From an uncultured Mycoplasmatota bacterium (lineage in GTDB: Bacteria; Bacillota_I; Bacilli_A; RF39; UBA660), in assembly GCA_947643405.1 (NCBI GenBank), contig CANRVY010000005.1:103-64102 (forward strand): a stretch of 64,000 nucleotides of DNA, written 5' to 3'. The notes beneath the pieces were generated by a model. That model had not been told where the DNA came from, made no database searches, and saw only the letters and a list, made by a program, of their open reading frames with translations. Within the stretch, counting starts at the first letter, position 1; every line of letters begins with the position of its first letter. Positions 48,989 to 58,678 of this stretch are shown here, in pieces. A program made the position numbers and the translations under genes.

Positions 48989-49643
48989 TTACTTTTAGTA
49001 CATATTTTTTTTCTAAATATTTTGAAATCTTTTCTGGTATCGTAAAAGCTTTCTCCCAACCTCTTAAAATTTCAAAATTTAATGGTCCACTAGTTTCATA
49101 AAATATAGTTAGTTCATTTTCTGTTATCGTAATATCTACTTTTTTTATCTTTCCAACTTCTTGGTTCATTTCATCCTGAATACTAGAATTTATCGTCCGA
49201 TGATATGTCACATCCAACTTGTCAGCAAGTACCAATGCAACTCCAACAAGAGATGTAATATGATTGCCATTAGAATGGTCTTTAATTGCTTCTTCTAATA
49301 CATTCATTTCTTCTTCTGTAATATTTGTTCCTACTAAAAATTCACGAAAGATTTGGCTGCTTTTTAATGCATGGTCTTGTTTTTCTTTTCCACTGATAGA
49401 AAGACCAATATCATGTAATAGTGCAGCTACCATTCCAAGTTCAATCATTCTTTCTGTTGCATTCAATTGTTCTAATATTCGTTTGGTATAGCCCGCTACT
49501 CTTTTATAATGTTCTAATCCATGTTCCCAATCCCATTTTCCATCTGTGATAAATTTTAAATTTCCAATTTTCTCTGTTATTTCTAAATAAGATGTTTTTC
49601 TTAATATAATTTCATAATTATTCATACAATAAAGTCCTTTCAT
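48960..49643 (-). CDS. HD domain phosphohydrolase-like protein
   Basis: H...HD motif (AALLHDIGL) and a downstream D. 227 aa. Confidence 0.6.
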   Translation of the reverse strand: MKGLYCMNNYEIILRKTSYLEITEKIGNLKFITDGKWDWEHGLEHYKRVAGYTKRILEQLNATERMIELGMVAALLHDIGLSISGKEKQDHALKSSQIFREFLVGTNITEEEMNVLEEAIKDHSNGNHITSLVGVALVLADKLDVTYHRTINSSIQDEMNQEVGKIKKVDITITENELTIFYETSGPLNFEILRGWEKAFTIPEKISKYLEKKYVLKVNGEVTNWRS

Positions 49644-49759
49644 TTTACCTACTTTTATTATAGCGTATCAAAAGATAGAAGTAAACGAATTGAAAGATGT
49701 TACCAACAAAAATCTACATTCTTTTATTTTCTGCTTATAATAAAACAGATAGAAATTTT

Positions 49760-50902
49760 CTACCTGTTTCTCTTTTTTGTAATTATGTTCGTCATTACAA
49801 CAAACATAAAACCAAAGAATAAAAGTATTCCCATATTTAGAAAGATTGGCTTTACGGTTTCTAAATTGATTGTTTCTAAAGAGGCAATTAAATCATTGTT
49901 ATGAATGTAATAATAAGATGGCAAAACATGAGCTATCTTTAAAACAAAATCTGGAAGAAATTCAGTTGGTACAAATGCTCCACATAAAAAGCTTGACCCA
50001 AGTGCGATGACATTTACAATTCCACTCATAGCTTCTTTATTATGAACCAAATTTCCAATCAGAAGAGCTAATGTTAATGCCGAAATTGTAAAGATAAAGG
50101 AATTTAGTATTAAAAACATTCCTTGATTTGTAAACATGACATCTCCAACCAATATAATACTTAAAATGACATAGCACAACCATAAGACAATCGCAAATAA
50201 ACTATTGGAAAATAATAATTGTCTATTAAACTTCTTATACTCTATACTACTGACCATAATTCTTAGTTTTACTTTCTGTTCTTTAAAACTAGAAACCATA
50301 AAACAAATAATGAAAACACAGCCTGCTAAAATGCTATAGTTGGCAAAATTATAAAATAAAGTGGCTTTGGCAAATTTCTCTATATCTAATTTTGATGTTA
50401 CTTCTATAAAAACTTCTTTTTCTAAAGTCGTATTTATCATTTCTAATAAAGTTTCTTCATCTTTTATCACATTTCTATAAATATTCGCAACATTAAAGTA
50501 TCGATTTACTAACATTTCAGCCAAAGAAGCTTGATAATCACCAGTACTTTTGATTTCTACATTTAACTTTTTTCCCTCTAAAAAACTATTTTTAAAGTCT
50601 TTAGGAATATAAATGATATAATTGACATCTCTATAAAATAATGCATCATTTCTTGCTTCTTCTGTTTCTTGAACTTCTTTTATGGTAGTATGCTTTTCTA
50701 TATATTGAATAAAATTTTTTGTAACGTTATCCGTCTCATTTTCATTTACAATTAAAACATCTGGTTTTTCAGCCATAAATGAAGTACCTGTGTCATTATT
50801 TTGCATATTAAATCCTGCAAAAAAAATTAATATAACAGTATATAAAATAACTAGAAATTTATTTTTATTTAATATCTTTAAATAAGCTTTAAATACTGTC
50901 AT
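49760..50902 (-). CDS. ABC-2 family transporter permease
   Basis: N-terminal TM, large extracytoplasmic loop, then five TM segments. Confidence 0.6.
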   Translation of the reverse strand: MTVFKAYLKILNKNKFLVILYTVILIFFAGFNMQNNDTGTSFMAEKPDVLIVNENETDNVTKNFIQYIEKHTTIKEVQETEEARNDALFYRDVNYIIYIPKDFKNSFLEGKKLNVEIKSTGDYQASLAEMLVNRYFNVANIYRNVIKDEETLLEMINTTLEKEVFIEVTSKLDIEKFAKATLFYNFANYSILAGCVFIICFMVSSFKEQKVKLRIMVSSIEYKKFNRQLLFSNSLFAIVLWLCYVILSIILVGDVMFTNQGMFLILNSFIFTISALTLALLIGNLVHNKEAMSGIVNVIALGSSFLCGAFVPTEFLPDFVLKIAHVLPSYYYIHNNDLIASLETINLETVKPIFLNMGILLFFGFMFVVMTNIITKKRNR

Positions 50903-52052
50903 AAGTTTGCCTCCTTAAACTTCTTATAGAAAGTGCTAACATCAGAATAGAAAAAATACATAAACTAAAGATATTAAAATAATATCTGTCCAAAGTATCA
51001 TAGTAATATAAGGAATAAAATCCATCTGTAATCATACTTGCAGGGTTTATCTGATTTAAAATAGGAATATTTTTATCTACCATATATTTCATTGTAATTC
51101 CCATCATTCCAGATAAAAAGCAGCAAAGCATCGTGAATGCAATTACAATGCCTGTTTTGGTATTCTCATTTGTTTTAAAAACACTAGCAATCATAATTCC
51201 AAGTGACAATCCTGCAAAGCAACCAATTAGTGTTAAAAGAACAATGAAAAAGATATTTTCTCCATAATCTATTTTCAAAAAGCAAATGGTATAGAAAAAT
51301 AGTAATGCAATTCCAATGAGTTGAACGGTATAACCAGCCAAAGCATTTGTTATAATCACTTTTCCTTTTAAAGTTGGACTCACAGAAATTCTTTTTCCAT
51401 TGGCACTTTGATTTGCAAGGTTTTGATTAATCAAATAAAGCCCCAAAATTCCTCCATATAAACAGGTCATCGCAATTAACGTATAAAATTCTATCATCGT
51501 ATAACTGAGATTTTTGTTTGATATATTTACAAGTTCTATTTGATTTTCTTCCTTCCACTTTTCTAGTTTTAAATAAACTGACTGGTAGAGATTTTCAGTT
51601 AACATATTTTTATCTTCTATTTCTAGTGCTACTACATTTCTCATGACTTCTTCTGTTTGGATAATTTCTTCTGTTACAAATTTTAAAATCGTTTGATTGA
51701 TTCCATTTTCTTTCACAATCAATTTGAGTGGTTCTGATAAAATCAAATATCCATCGATTTTTTTATTTTCTAATAATGTTTTAGCGTCTTTTTCATCTTC
51801 ATAGGAAATTTGAAACATTGGTTCCTCTCCCGTTTTTAAATGTTCAAAAATATTGATTATCATAGAGTTTTGATTGGATGTTTCTTTTACAATTGCAATT
51901 GGGATTGTTTTTAATTGTTCTTCTTTTTCGATATCAGAAAATGCCATCGAAAATAAAGTTCCCAATATAAGAGGAAATGCAAATGTCCAAAAGATTAATG
52001 GTTTATTTTTAAAGAGAGTTTTCATTGCATATTTATAGTTATGAAATAACAT
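50889..52052 (-). CDS. ABC-2 family transporter permease (second subunit)
   Basis: Same architecture as its neighbour. Overlaps it in an operon. Confidence 0.6.
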   Translation of the reverse strand: MLFHNYKYAMKTLFKNKPLIFWTFAFPLILGTLFSMAFSDIEKEEQLKTIPIAIVKETSNQNSMIINIFEHLKTGEEPMFQISYEDEKDAKTLLENKKIDGYLILSEPLKLIVKENGINQTILKFVTEEIIQTEEVMRNVVALEIEDKNMLTENLYQSVYLKLEKWKEENQIELVNISNKNLSYTMIEFYTLIAMTCLYGGILGLYLINQNLANQSANGKRISVSPTLKGKVIITNALAGYTVQLIGIALLFFYTICFLKIDYGENIFFIVLLTLIGCFAGLSLGIMIASVFKTNENTKTGIVIAFTMLCCFLSGMMGITMKYMVDKNIPILNQINPASMITDGFYSLYYYDTLDRYYFNIFSLCIFSILMLALSIRSLRRQTYDSI

Positions 52053-52990
52053 TAGTCTCTTAGTTCCTTTCCTGTAAGTTCTAGAAAAACATCATTCAAA
52101 GTTGGTCTTTCTGAATAAATCTTATCATATAAAATACTCTCTTTTTTGAAATAATCTATGAGTGTAATCAAATTATTTTTTCCTTTTTTATAGATTACAG
52201 TTAAGTTTTGATTATGATAATAAATTTCATCTACATTTTTCAGTTTTTTTATTTCTTCTAGTTGCTTTTCTGTAATGGAATCTACTTCTACATTCACTTT
52301 TTCTTCCATATTCGCTAATTCTTTTAATTCATCTGGTGTACCATTGGCAATTACTTTCCCCTTATCCAAAATAATCACTCTATCACAAAGAATTTCTACT
52401 TCTTCCATGTAATGTGTTGTATAAACAATGGTTGCTCCATTTTCTCTTAATTTTTCAATTCCATCTAAAATATTATTTCGGCTTTGTGGGTCTACAGCTA
52501 CTGTTGGTTCATCTAAGAAAATTAGTTTGGGTTTGTGTGCAATTCCACAAGCGATATTTAATCTTCTAAGTAGTCCTCCTGATAATTGCTTGGGATAAAA
52601 TTTTTTAAATTCATTTAAACTGACCAATTCAATGGCCTCTTCGATATATTGTTTTCTTAACCGTTTATCATTGATATAAAGGCCACAAAAATAGTCAATA
52701 TTCTCTTCTACTGTGAGTTCTTCAAATACTGCAACATCTTGAAAAACTACTCCAATTTCTCGTTTGATATCATAGGCATTTGGTGCCATTGGTTTTCCAA
52801 AGATTTGAATGGTACCTTTTTCAAAATTTAAAAGAGACAAAATACAATTTATCGTAGTGGATTTTCCAGAACCATTTGGTCCTAATAATCCTAAAATCTC
52901 TCCTTTTTTTACTTCTAAAGATATCCCATCTACGGCTTTGATATTTTTATATTCTTTGATTAAATTTTTTACTTCAATAACATTTTTCAT
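52052..52990 (-). CDS. ABC transporter ATP-binding protein
   Basis: Walker A GPNGSGKST, signature LSGGLLRRL, Walker B ILDEPT. Confidence 0.85.
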   Translation of the reverse strand: MKNVIEVKNLIKEYKNIKAVDGISLEVKKGEILGLLGPNGSGKSTTINCILSLLNFEKGTIQIFGKPMAPNAYDIKREIGVVFQDVAVFEELTVEENIDYFCGLYINDKRLRKQYIEEAIELVSLNEFKKFYPKQLSGGLLRRLNIACGIAHKPKLIFLDEPTVAVDPQSRNNILDGIEKLRENGATIVYTTHYMEEVEILCDRVIILDKGKVIANGTPDELKELANMEEKVNVEVDSITEKQLEEIKKLKNVDEIYYHNQNLTVIYKKGKNNLITLIDYFKKESILYDKIYSERPTLNDVFLELTGKELRD

Positions 52991-53550
52991 AATCGTTCCT
53001 CCTTATATCCTTTCAATAATTCTAAAACAGTATTCGTAAGTAGTTCTTCTATTTCATTTTCTTCTAATTTTACTGTTTTTGTTGCTAATAAACATGCAAT
53101 TCCATGGGTAAAAATAAATACTTTCACATGAAATTTCTTCTGCTCTTCATAAGATAATCCTGTTAATTGTTGTCCTCTTCTTATAATGTCCTCCCCTTCA
53201 CTATCATTTATAATAAAACTTTCTGGGCTGTTATTTGTTTCTTTCATAAAAAGAATCTTAAATAGTACAGGATGGTCTTTTGCAAACTGAATATAAGAGA
53301 GTCCTGATTGCTTATAGGCGGGCTTTTCTGTTACTCTCTCCATATAGTTTTGATAAGTTTCATAAATTTTTTCATAGACAGTATTTTTTAATTCTTCCAT
53401 TGATGTAAAGTTATGAAAAATTGGCTGAACAGAGGCATTTAATTCTTTGGCAATTCTTCTAGCATTTAAGTTTTCAAAGCCTTCACTTTCTACAATTTTA
53501 TAAGCAATGTTTACAATCTCATCTTTTGTATACTTTTTATTAGGTGGCAT
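52987..53550 (-). CDS. TetR/AcrR family transcriptional regulator
   Basis: N-terminal HTH (NLNARRIAKELNASVQPIFHNF). 187 aa. Heads the ABC operon. Confidence 0.75.
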   Translation of the reverse strand: MPPNKKYTKDEIVNIAYKIVESEGFENLNARRIAKELNASVQPIFHNFTSMEELKNTVYEKIYETYQNYMERVTEKPAYKQSGLSYIQFAKDHPVLFKILFMKETNNSPESFIINDSEGEDIIRRGQQLTGLSYEEQKKFHVKVFIFTHGIACLLATKTVKLEENEIEELLTNTVLELLKGYKEERL

Positions 53551-53581
53551 TTATTCACTTCCGTTCTATATCACTCGTTAT

Positions 53582-53595
53582 ATAACATATGTTAT
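53582..53595. promoter_or_regulatory. 14-bp perfect palindrome ATAACATATGTTAT 30 bp upstream of the TetR gene (candidate TetR operator)
   Basis: Perfect dyad symmetry read directly, positioned in the TetR promoter region. Confidence 0.45.
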
Positions 53596-53928
53596 CATAT
53601 ATTGGGATATGTGTAAATATAAACTTTACAAATATTTATTATTTTAAAATACATAATCATTTATATTATGATTTTTTTTGCGCATACAGGAATGACAATA
53701 TAAATAATAGCAATCCTATGCTACCCATAAAAATTAAAAAGTACTCTACTATATTTTTTAATTTTTTATAGTGAATTCTTAATGAAAATATCAAAAGTAA
53801 TAAACCTATAATGGTTATAATTTTTTATTCTTATATCATTAGTTGTGGGAAATTATCTTTGAGTACCGAAAAAATTGACAAAAAATTGCAAAAGTGTTAT
53901 CATACTTGGCAGTTAAGGGGGGAATTTC

Positions 53929-54282
53929 ATGAAAAAAATAAAATTTTATAAATCTGCTTTATCATTATTAACCGCTACATCTATGCTTTTAATGAGTGGT
54001 TGTACAGGTGGAAAAAGTGAGGAACAAAATGAGAAAGTGCCTGAAAGTTGTACACATGTAACAGTTTATTTTGAAAATGAAGCAGTTACATTTAAGGAAT
54101 GTGATGGATATGATATTATGTATACTTATGGTCGTAATTCTGGAAAGCTTTCTTATCAAGTATTCATTCAAAGTGATGTATTAATGTCTGGAGTAACATC
54201 ACAATACAATGTTTATGATGTATATCATGATATCGCCGATGAACAGTTAAATATTGAACCAATACAAAAAATAAAAAAATAA
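53929..54282 (+). CDS. Lipoprotein (lipobox LMSGC), 117 aa
   Basis: Signal peptide with LLMSGC lipobox. TTGACA-17-TATCAT promoter upstream. Confidence 0.6.
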   Translation: MKKIKFYKSALSLLTATSMLLMSGCTGGKSEEQNEKVPESCTHVTVYFENEAVTFKECDGYDIMYTYGRNSGKLSYQVFIQSDVLMSGVTSQYNVYDVYHDIADEQLNIEPIQKIKK

Positions 54283-54499
54283 AAGTAAAGACTCATTTGA
54301 CACATTTTGAGTCTTTTAATTTGCATAATAAAGACCAAAGATTTTTTAGTTAAAGAGTATCTTAAATATATAAAATAATGATTCATGATAGTAAAATTAT
54401 AATAGTTATATATTTTCTTATTCTTGTATCATTAGTGCAAATAAAACTGCTTATCAATTCATAGTAAAACTGTTATAATAAAATCTAGGAGGAAATTCT

Positions 54500-54964
54500 A
54501 TGAATAAATATAAAAATATTACATTAAGAGAATATATTGAAAATTCAGAATTAATTGTTATCAATAGTCATTTTAAAATTCGCTTATCTAAAGAATTATT
54601 AAAAAAATATGAAAATAATTTATATAAAACAGAATTAGATTCTCTTAAAAAACATATCGAAAAAATAAATGCGCTAAATATAAAATACTCCGCTAATGCC
54701 AATCCAGTATTCTACTTATATATAGTACCAGATAGCAATTTTAAGGAATTATTAAATTTTTCACGTTCTTCTATATGTGGTGGAAAACCTGTTATATCAT
54801 TCGATTTAGATGGATTTAATAGCTCCTATGGTTTAAGTAGTAACATGTTAGAAAATAACACTAGTTCAGCTATTCAAGAAACTGTGAATACAATTCATGA
54901 ATTAGCGCATTTAGTTCATAGTATATTTTTTCTAGGAGTAGATAGGTTTATTTGCTCATTTTGA
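54500..54964 (+). CDS. Hypothetical protein with HExxH motif (IHELAHLVH), possible small zinc metallopeptidase
   Basis: HELAH near the C-terminus. 154 aa. GGAGG RBS. Confidence 0.45.
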   Translation: MNKYKNITLREYIENSELIVINSHFKIRLSKELLKKYENNLYKTELDSLKKHIEKINALNIKYSANANPVFYLYIVPDSNFKELLNFSRSSICGGKPVISFDLDGFNSSYGLSSNMLENNTSSAIQETVNTIHELAHLVHSIFFLGVDRFICSF

Positions 54965-55179
54965 ACATGCTGCCACTCTTCTTTTATTTCTTCTATGGTT
55001 GTAAATGATTCCATAAAAGGTGTTTCTTGATAAAACGTTGTATGTTCAAATAAAGAAACTGCTCCTTCTATATTTTTTTCTAACCAATACTTTTTTAAAT
55101 TTTCTAACCATTTTTTTATTTTTTCTTCCCTCATATTTATACCTCCAAAATTATCTTTTCTATAATCTATTTTCTCCAT
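54916..55179 (-). CDS. Hypothetical small protein (87 aa)
   Basis: ORF only. Confidence 0.35.
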   Translation of the reverse strand: MEKIDYRKDNFGGINMREEKIKKWLENLKKYWLEKNIEGAVSLFEHTTFYQETPFMESFTTIEEIKEEWQHVQNEQINLSTPRKNIL

Positions 55180-55203
55180 TACATTTATTATACAATAAAA
55201 ACT

Positions 55204-56091
55204 TTAAAATTCTATTTTTATCTCTAATTTATCCCCTACTTTAGAGGCTGTAATCCTTCCTCCTAGTGCTTCTGTAAATTCTTTGGCAATTGCAAGTCCC
55301 AGTCCTGTATTTCCATTTGTTCTATAAATATCAATTGTATAAAATTGGTCAAATATTTTATCAATTTCTAATGCTTCACTATGGAATTTATTGACAAACG
55401 TAATCATAGCTTTTTTATTTTGTTTCACTTCTATTGTCAAATTATCTTCACTATGTTTTAAAGCATTCGAAATCAAATTATCAAAGATTCTAGATAACAT
55501 CATTTTATTAGAAGAAAGTATCATCTTAGATTGTGTATTTTTGAATATTACTTCTCTATTCTCTCTTTTATAATCTTCATAATAATGAGCAATACATTCT
55601 TCTAAGATAGAAATGATATTCACATCTTCTAGTTCATAATGTGAATTCATTTTAGAGAGTTCAAAAAATTCTTCAATTAATTCTTCCAATCGTTTTAATC
55701 TTTCAAACACAATTTGAAGGGCTTTTTCCTTTTCTGCTTCTTTTAAGTCACTATGAATCACCATATCTAAATATCCAAGAGCAGAAGTAAGTGGCGTTCT
55801 TAAATCATGAGAAATGTTTGTCATCATATTTTGTAAATTTTCTTTTTTCTTTTCATAATCAATTCTATTTTTTCTATTCTCTTCAATTAAAAGATTAATT
55901 TCTTTGATTTCTTCTAAAAATAAAAAAGAAGCTTTTTCCGTGTGCAAAAGAGTATTACTAGAATTCGCTTTTATTTTTTTCATTTCTTTTGTAATCCGAT
56001 TCACTTTTTTTTTTAGAAGAAACAAATAAAAAAAAGATAGAATAATTATAATACCAAACAATATAATAATCCATTCCATCTTCATCACCAC
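55204..56091 (-). CDS. Sensor histidine kinase (short intramembrane-sensing type)
   Basis: H-box ISHDLRTPLTS, N/G boxes (NALKHS, GLGLAI). Single N-terminal TM and a short sensor. Confidence 0.8.
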   Translation of the reverse strand: MVMKMEWIIILFGIIIILSFFYLFLLKKKVNRITKEMKKIKANSSNTLLHTEKASFLFLEEIKEINLLIEENRKNRIDYEKKKENLQNMMTNISHDLRTPLTSALGYLDMVIHSDLKEAEKEKALQIVFERLKRLEELIEEFFELSKMNSHYELEDVNIISILEECIAHYYEDYKRENREVIFKNTQSKMILSSNKMMLSRIFDNLISNALKHSEDNLTIEVKQNKKAMITFVNKFHSEALEIDKIFDQFYTIDIYRTNGNTGLGLAIAKEFTEALGGRITASKVGDKLEIKIEF

Positions 56092-56096
56092 TTTCT

Positions 56097-56936
56097 CTAC
56101 TTAATTTCTGATTTTTTAAAACTATAATATCCGATTGTATGAAATATCAAAATATAGAAAATTCCTAGTACTGTACAAGCTATCAAATACTGAGTGCTTG
56201 GATTCTGTGCTATTTTTTCTAAAGCAAATTGAAATTCATAATTATAAAACCAGTCTGCTTTTATTTTAAATAAACTAGTAATTCCTATTACAACTAGCTG
56301 TAATCCTAATATGAAAGGTATTGCAACGGTATTAAAGGTAGAAGTTTTCTTAAATAAAAATGCAAAACAAATTAGTAAACTTATTATACCATAAAGAAGA
56401 GGTAATTCTAATATTGTTACTTTCGTTACTTCTAATAAGCTAGAAGCAAACTCTTTTCCATTTATTATGATATTGAGAAAGTAGAAAAAATAAGTATTGA
56501 AAAACGTAAAGAATGTTGCCAATAAAAAGATTAACAATGTTTTTGAACCATAATATTTTTTTCTAGAAATTGCTGAAGATAATGTGTTTTTGATAGACTT
56601 ATTAGAAAAATCTGTACAAAGAACAATGACTACAAGTACAATAAATAGATAGTAAAGGTTCGCATTTGTTCCAATCACTGCTTTGTCAAGTTCAAAAGCC
56701 CCTTTACTTTTTATCACTTCTCTTACATCTTTTAATGATTTTGCCTTAGAAAGTTTTTCTACAAACTCAGCATCATTAATATCTATTGCACTACCACTTG
56801 ATGTTGACATTCCAATGTGTCCTGGAGAGATTCCAATTGCAGATACAAAAGATGTTAATATTAAAAATACAAATATAATATAGATTGCTTTTCCTTTTAA
56901 AATGCGATACATATCTGCTTTCATCATATTAAGCAT
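56097..56936 (-). CDS. ABC-2 type transporter permease (lantibiotic-immunity-like)
   Basis: Six TM segments, 279 aa. Immediately downstream of the ATPase. Confidence 0.55.
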   Translation of the reverse strand: MLNMMKADMYRILKGKAIYIIFVFLILTSFVSAIGISPGHIGMSTSSGSAIDINDAEFVEKLSKAKSLKDVREVIKSKGAFELDKAVIGTNANLYYLFIVLVVIVLCTDFSNKSIKNTLSSAISRKKYYGSKTLLIFLLATFFTFFNTYFFYFLNIIINGKEFASSLLEVTKVTILELPLLYGIISLLICFAFLFKKTSTFNTVAIPFILGLQLVVIGITSLFKIKADWFYNYEFQFALEKIAQNPSTQYLIACTVLGIFYILIFHTIGYYSFKKSEIK

Positions 56937-56937
56937 A

Positions 56938-57849
56938 TTATAATTCCTCCTTTATCACAGTTTTAAAGTATTCCTCTAATGTTATTCCAGTTTCATATAA
57001 CCCCATAATAGTAATATCATGTGAGATAAGTTCTTTGGATACTTTTTCTGCATGGTTTAAATAATCATATAGTCTAATTTCATTTGTATTTATAATTTTA
57101 TAATTGGTTGTTTTCAAGTTTGTCTCTAAGACAACACTTGCTTTTTTTGTATCATCTGTTTTAATCACAATACATTTACTACATTCTGTATCAAGTTCTT
57201 CTTTCGATAATTCTTTGATAACTTTTCCTTTTTCTATGATGCAAAAACGATTTGCCACCATATAAAGTTCTGACAAAATATGACTAGATATCATAATTGT
57301 AATATTTTTTTCTGTATTGAGCTTTTTAAAGGTATCTCTTAACTTACTAATACCAATTGGGTCTAATCCATTAATTGGTTCATCTAATATAATAAAGTCT
57401 GGACTATCTAATATTGCAAAGGCAATACCAAGTCTCTGCTTCATACCTAACGAGAAATTTTTAAATTTCTTATTTTTTGCTTCCTTTAAGTCGACTAACT
57501 CCAACACTTCATCTATGACATTTTTGTCTGCAATCCCTTTCTGAAAACAATAATACTTTAAATTTTCATAGGCTGTTAAATTTGGGAAAAAAGCTGGATT
57601 TTCGATTAAACAACCGATTCTTTTTTTCTTTTCTAGTACATTTTCTTTTTCTCCAAAAAGTTCATATTCCCCACTTGTCCTATTGGTAAGGGTTGTAATC
57701 ACTTTCATCAAAGTTGTTTTTCCAGCCCCATTTCTACCAATTAACCCATAAATATCCCCTTTGTTAATTTGTATATTCACATTTTCTAAAGCAGTAAAAT
57801 TATCATATTTTTTCGTTAATTGATTGGTTTTTAAAATTGTTTCTTTCAC
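56938..57849 (-). CDS. ABC transporter ATP-binding protein
   Basis: Walker A GRNGAGKTT, signature FSLGMKQRL, Walker B ILDEP. Confidence 0.85.
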   Translation of the reverse strand: MKETILKTNQLTKKYDNFTALENVNIQINKGDIYGLIGRNGAGKTTLMKVITTLTNRTSGEYELFGEKENVLEKKKRIGCLIENPAFFPNLTAYENLKYYCFQKGIADKNVIDEVLELVDLKEAKNKKFKNFSLGMKQRLGIAFAILDSPDFIILDEPINGLDPIGISKLRDTFKKLNTEKNITIMISSHILSELYMVANRFCIIEKGKVIKELSKEELDTECSKCIVIKTDDTKKASVVLETNLKTTNYKIINTNEIRLYDYLNHAEKVSKELISHDITIMGLYETGITLEEYFKTVIKEEL

Positions 57850-57920
57850 ATATATCCCTCCATAATTTTATTGTATGAAAAAAGTGTTAAAAAAGTCTTA
57901 ACCCAATTCTTAATTTTTTC

Positions 57921-58634
57921 TTAATTTTTCATTTTATAACCAATACTCCATACCGTTTCTATATAATCTTCTTCCTGATTACATTCTTTTAATTTATTTC
58001 TAATCTTACTAATATGAACGTTTAATGTATTATCATCTACAAATTCATCTTTCCAAACAAGTTCGAATAACATAGATTTGGTAAATACTCTAGTTGGATT
58101 TTCTAATAATGTTTTCAATAATTCAAATTCTTGCTTAGTTAAATTTAGAAGTTTCCCATTACAAGTAACTGTATAGTCTAATTTATTTATAAGAATATCT
58201 TTAAATGATATTATGCTTTTATTTTCTTTCCCATTTTGATGTTTTAAAGCAAGTTTGATACGTGCTAATAATTCTTTGTTGTCAAATGGCTTGGTGATAT
58301 AGTCATCAGCTCCTAATTCAAACAAGTCTACTTTTTTATCTACTTCATGAATTGCACTCATCACAATAATGGGAACCTGATATTTATTCAATAATTCAGT
58401 TAAGATTTCCTCGCCATTTTTACCTGGCAACATCAAATCTAATAAAATCAAAGATACATTTCCATTATGAACCAATACTCCCTCTGTTCCAGAAAACGCT
58501 TGTAGAACTTGATAATGATTGGTTTCTAATAGCTGTTTTAACATATTATTAATATCTTTATCATCTTCTATAATTAATATTTTATACATACATAACACAT
58601 TCCTTTTTATTATTATAAAATAATTTTGTTTCAT
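57921..58634 (-). CDS. OmpR-family response regulator (probable start MYKILIIEDD near 58589)
   Basis: Receiver domain (IIEDD...LDLMLPG...K) and winged-helix C-terminus (TKQEFELLKTL...VWSIGYK). Confidence 0.8.
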   Translation of the reverse strand: MKQNYFIIIKRNVLCMYKILIIEDDKDINNMLKQLLETNHYQVLQAFSGTEGVLVHNGNVSLILLDLMLPGKNGEEILTELLNKYQVPIIVMSAIHEVDKKVDLFELGADDYITKPFDNKELLARIKLALKHQNGKENKSIISFKDILINKLDYTVTCNGKLLNLTKQEFELLKTLLENPTRVFTKSMLFELVWKDEFVDDNTLNVHISKIRNKLKECNQEEDYIETVWSIGYKMKN

Positions 58635-58678
58635 TTACAATTTTCTAAATTAAAAAAGTGAACATAATATTCACTTTC

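Noticed and set aside
49690-49735. Hairpin AACAGATAGAA-att-TTCTACCTGTT followed by a T-run between the HD-gene and ABC-2 operons
   Set aside because: Oriented as a plus-strand terminator where no plus-strand gene exists. One mismatch in the stem. Too ambiguous to call.
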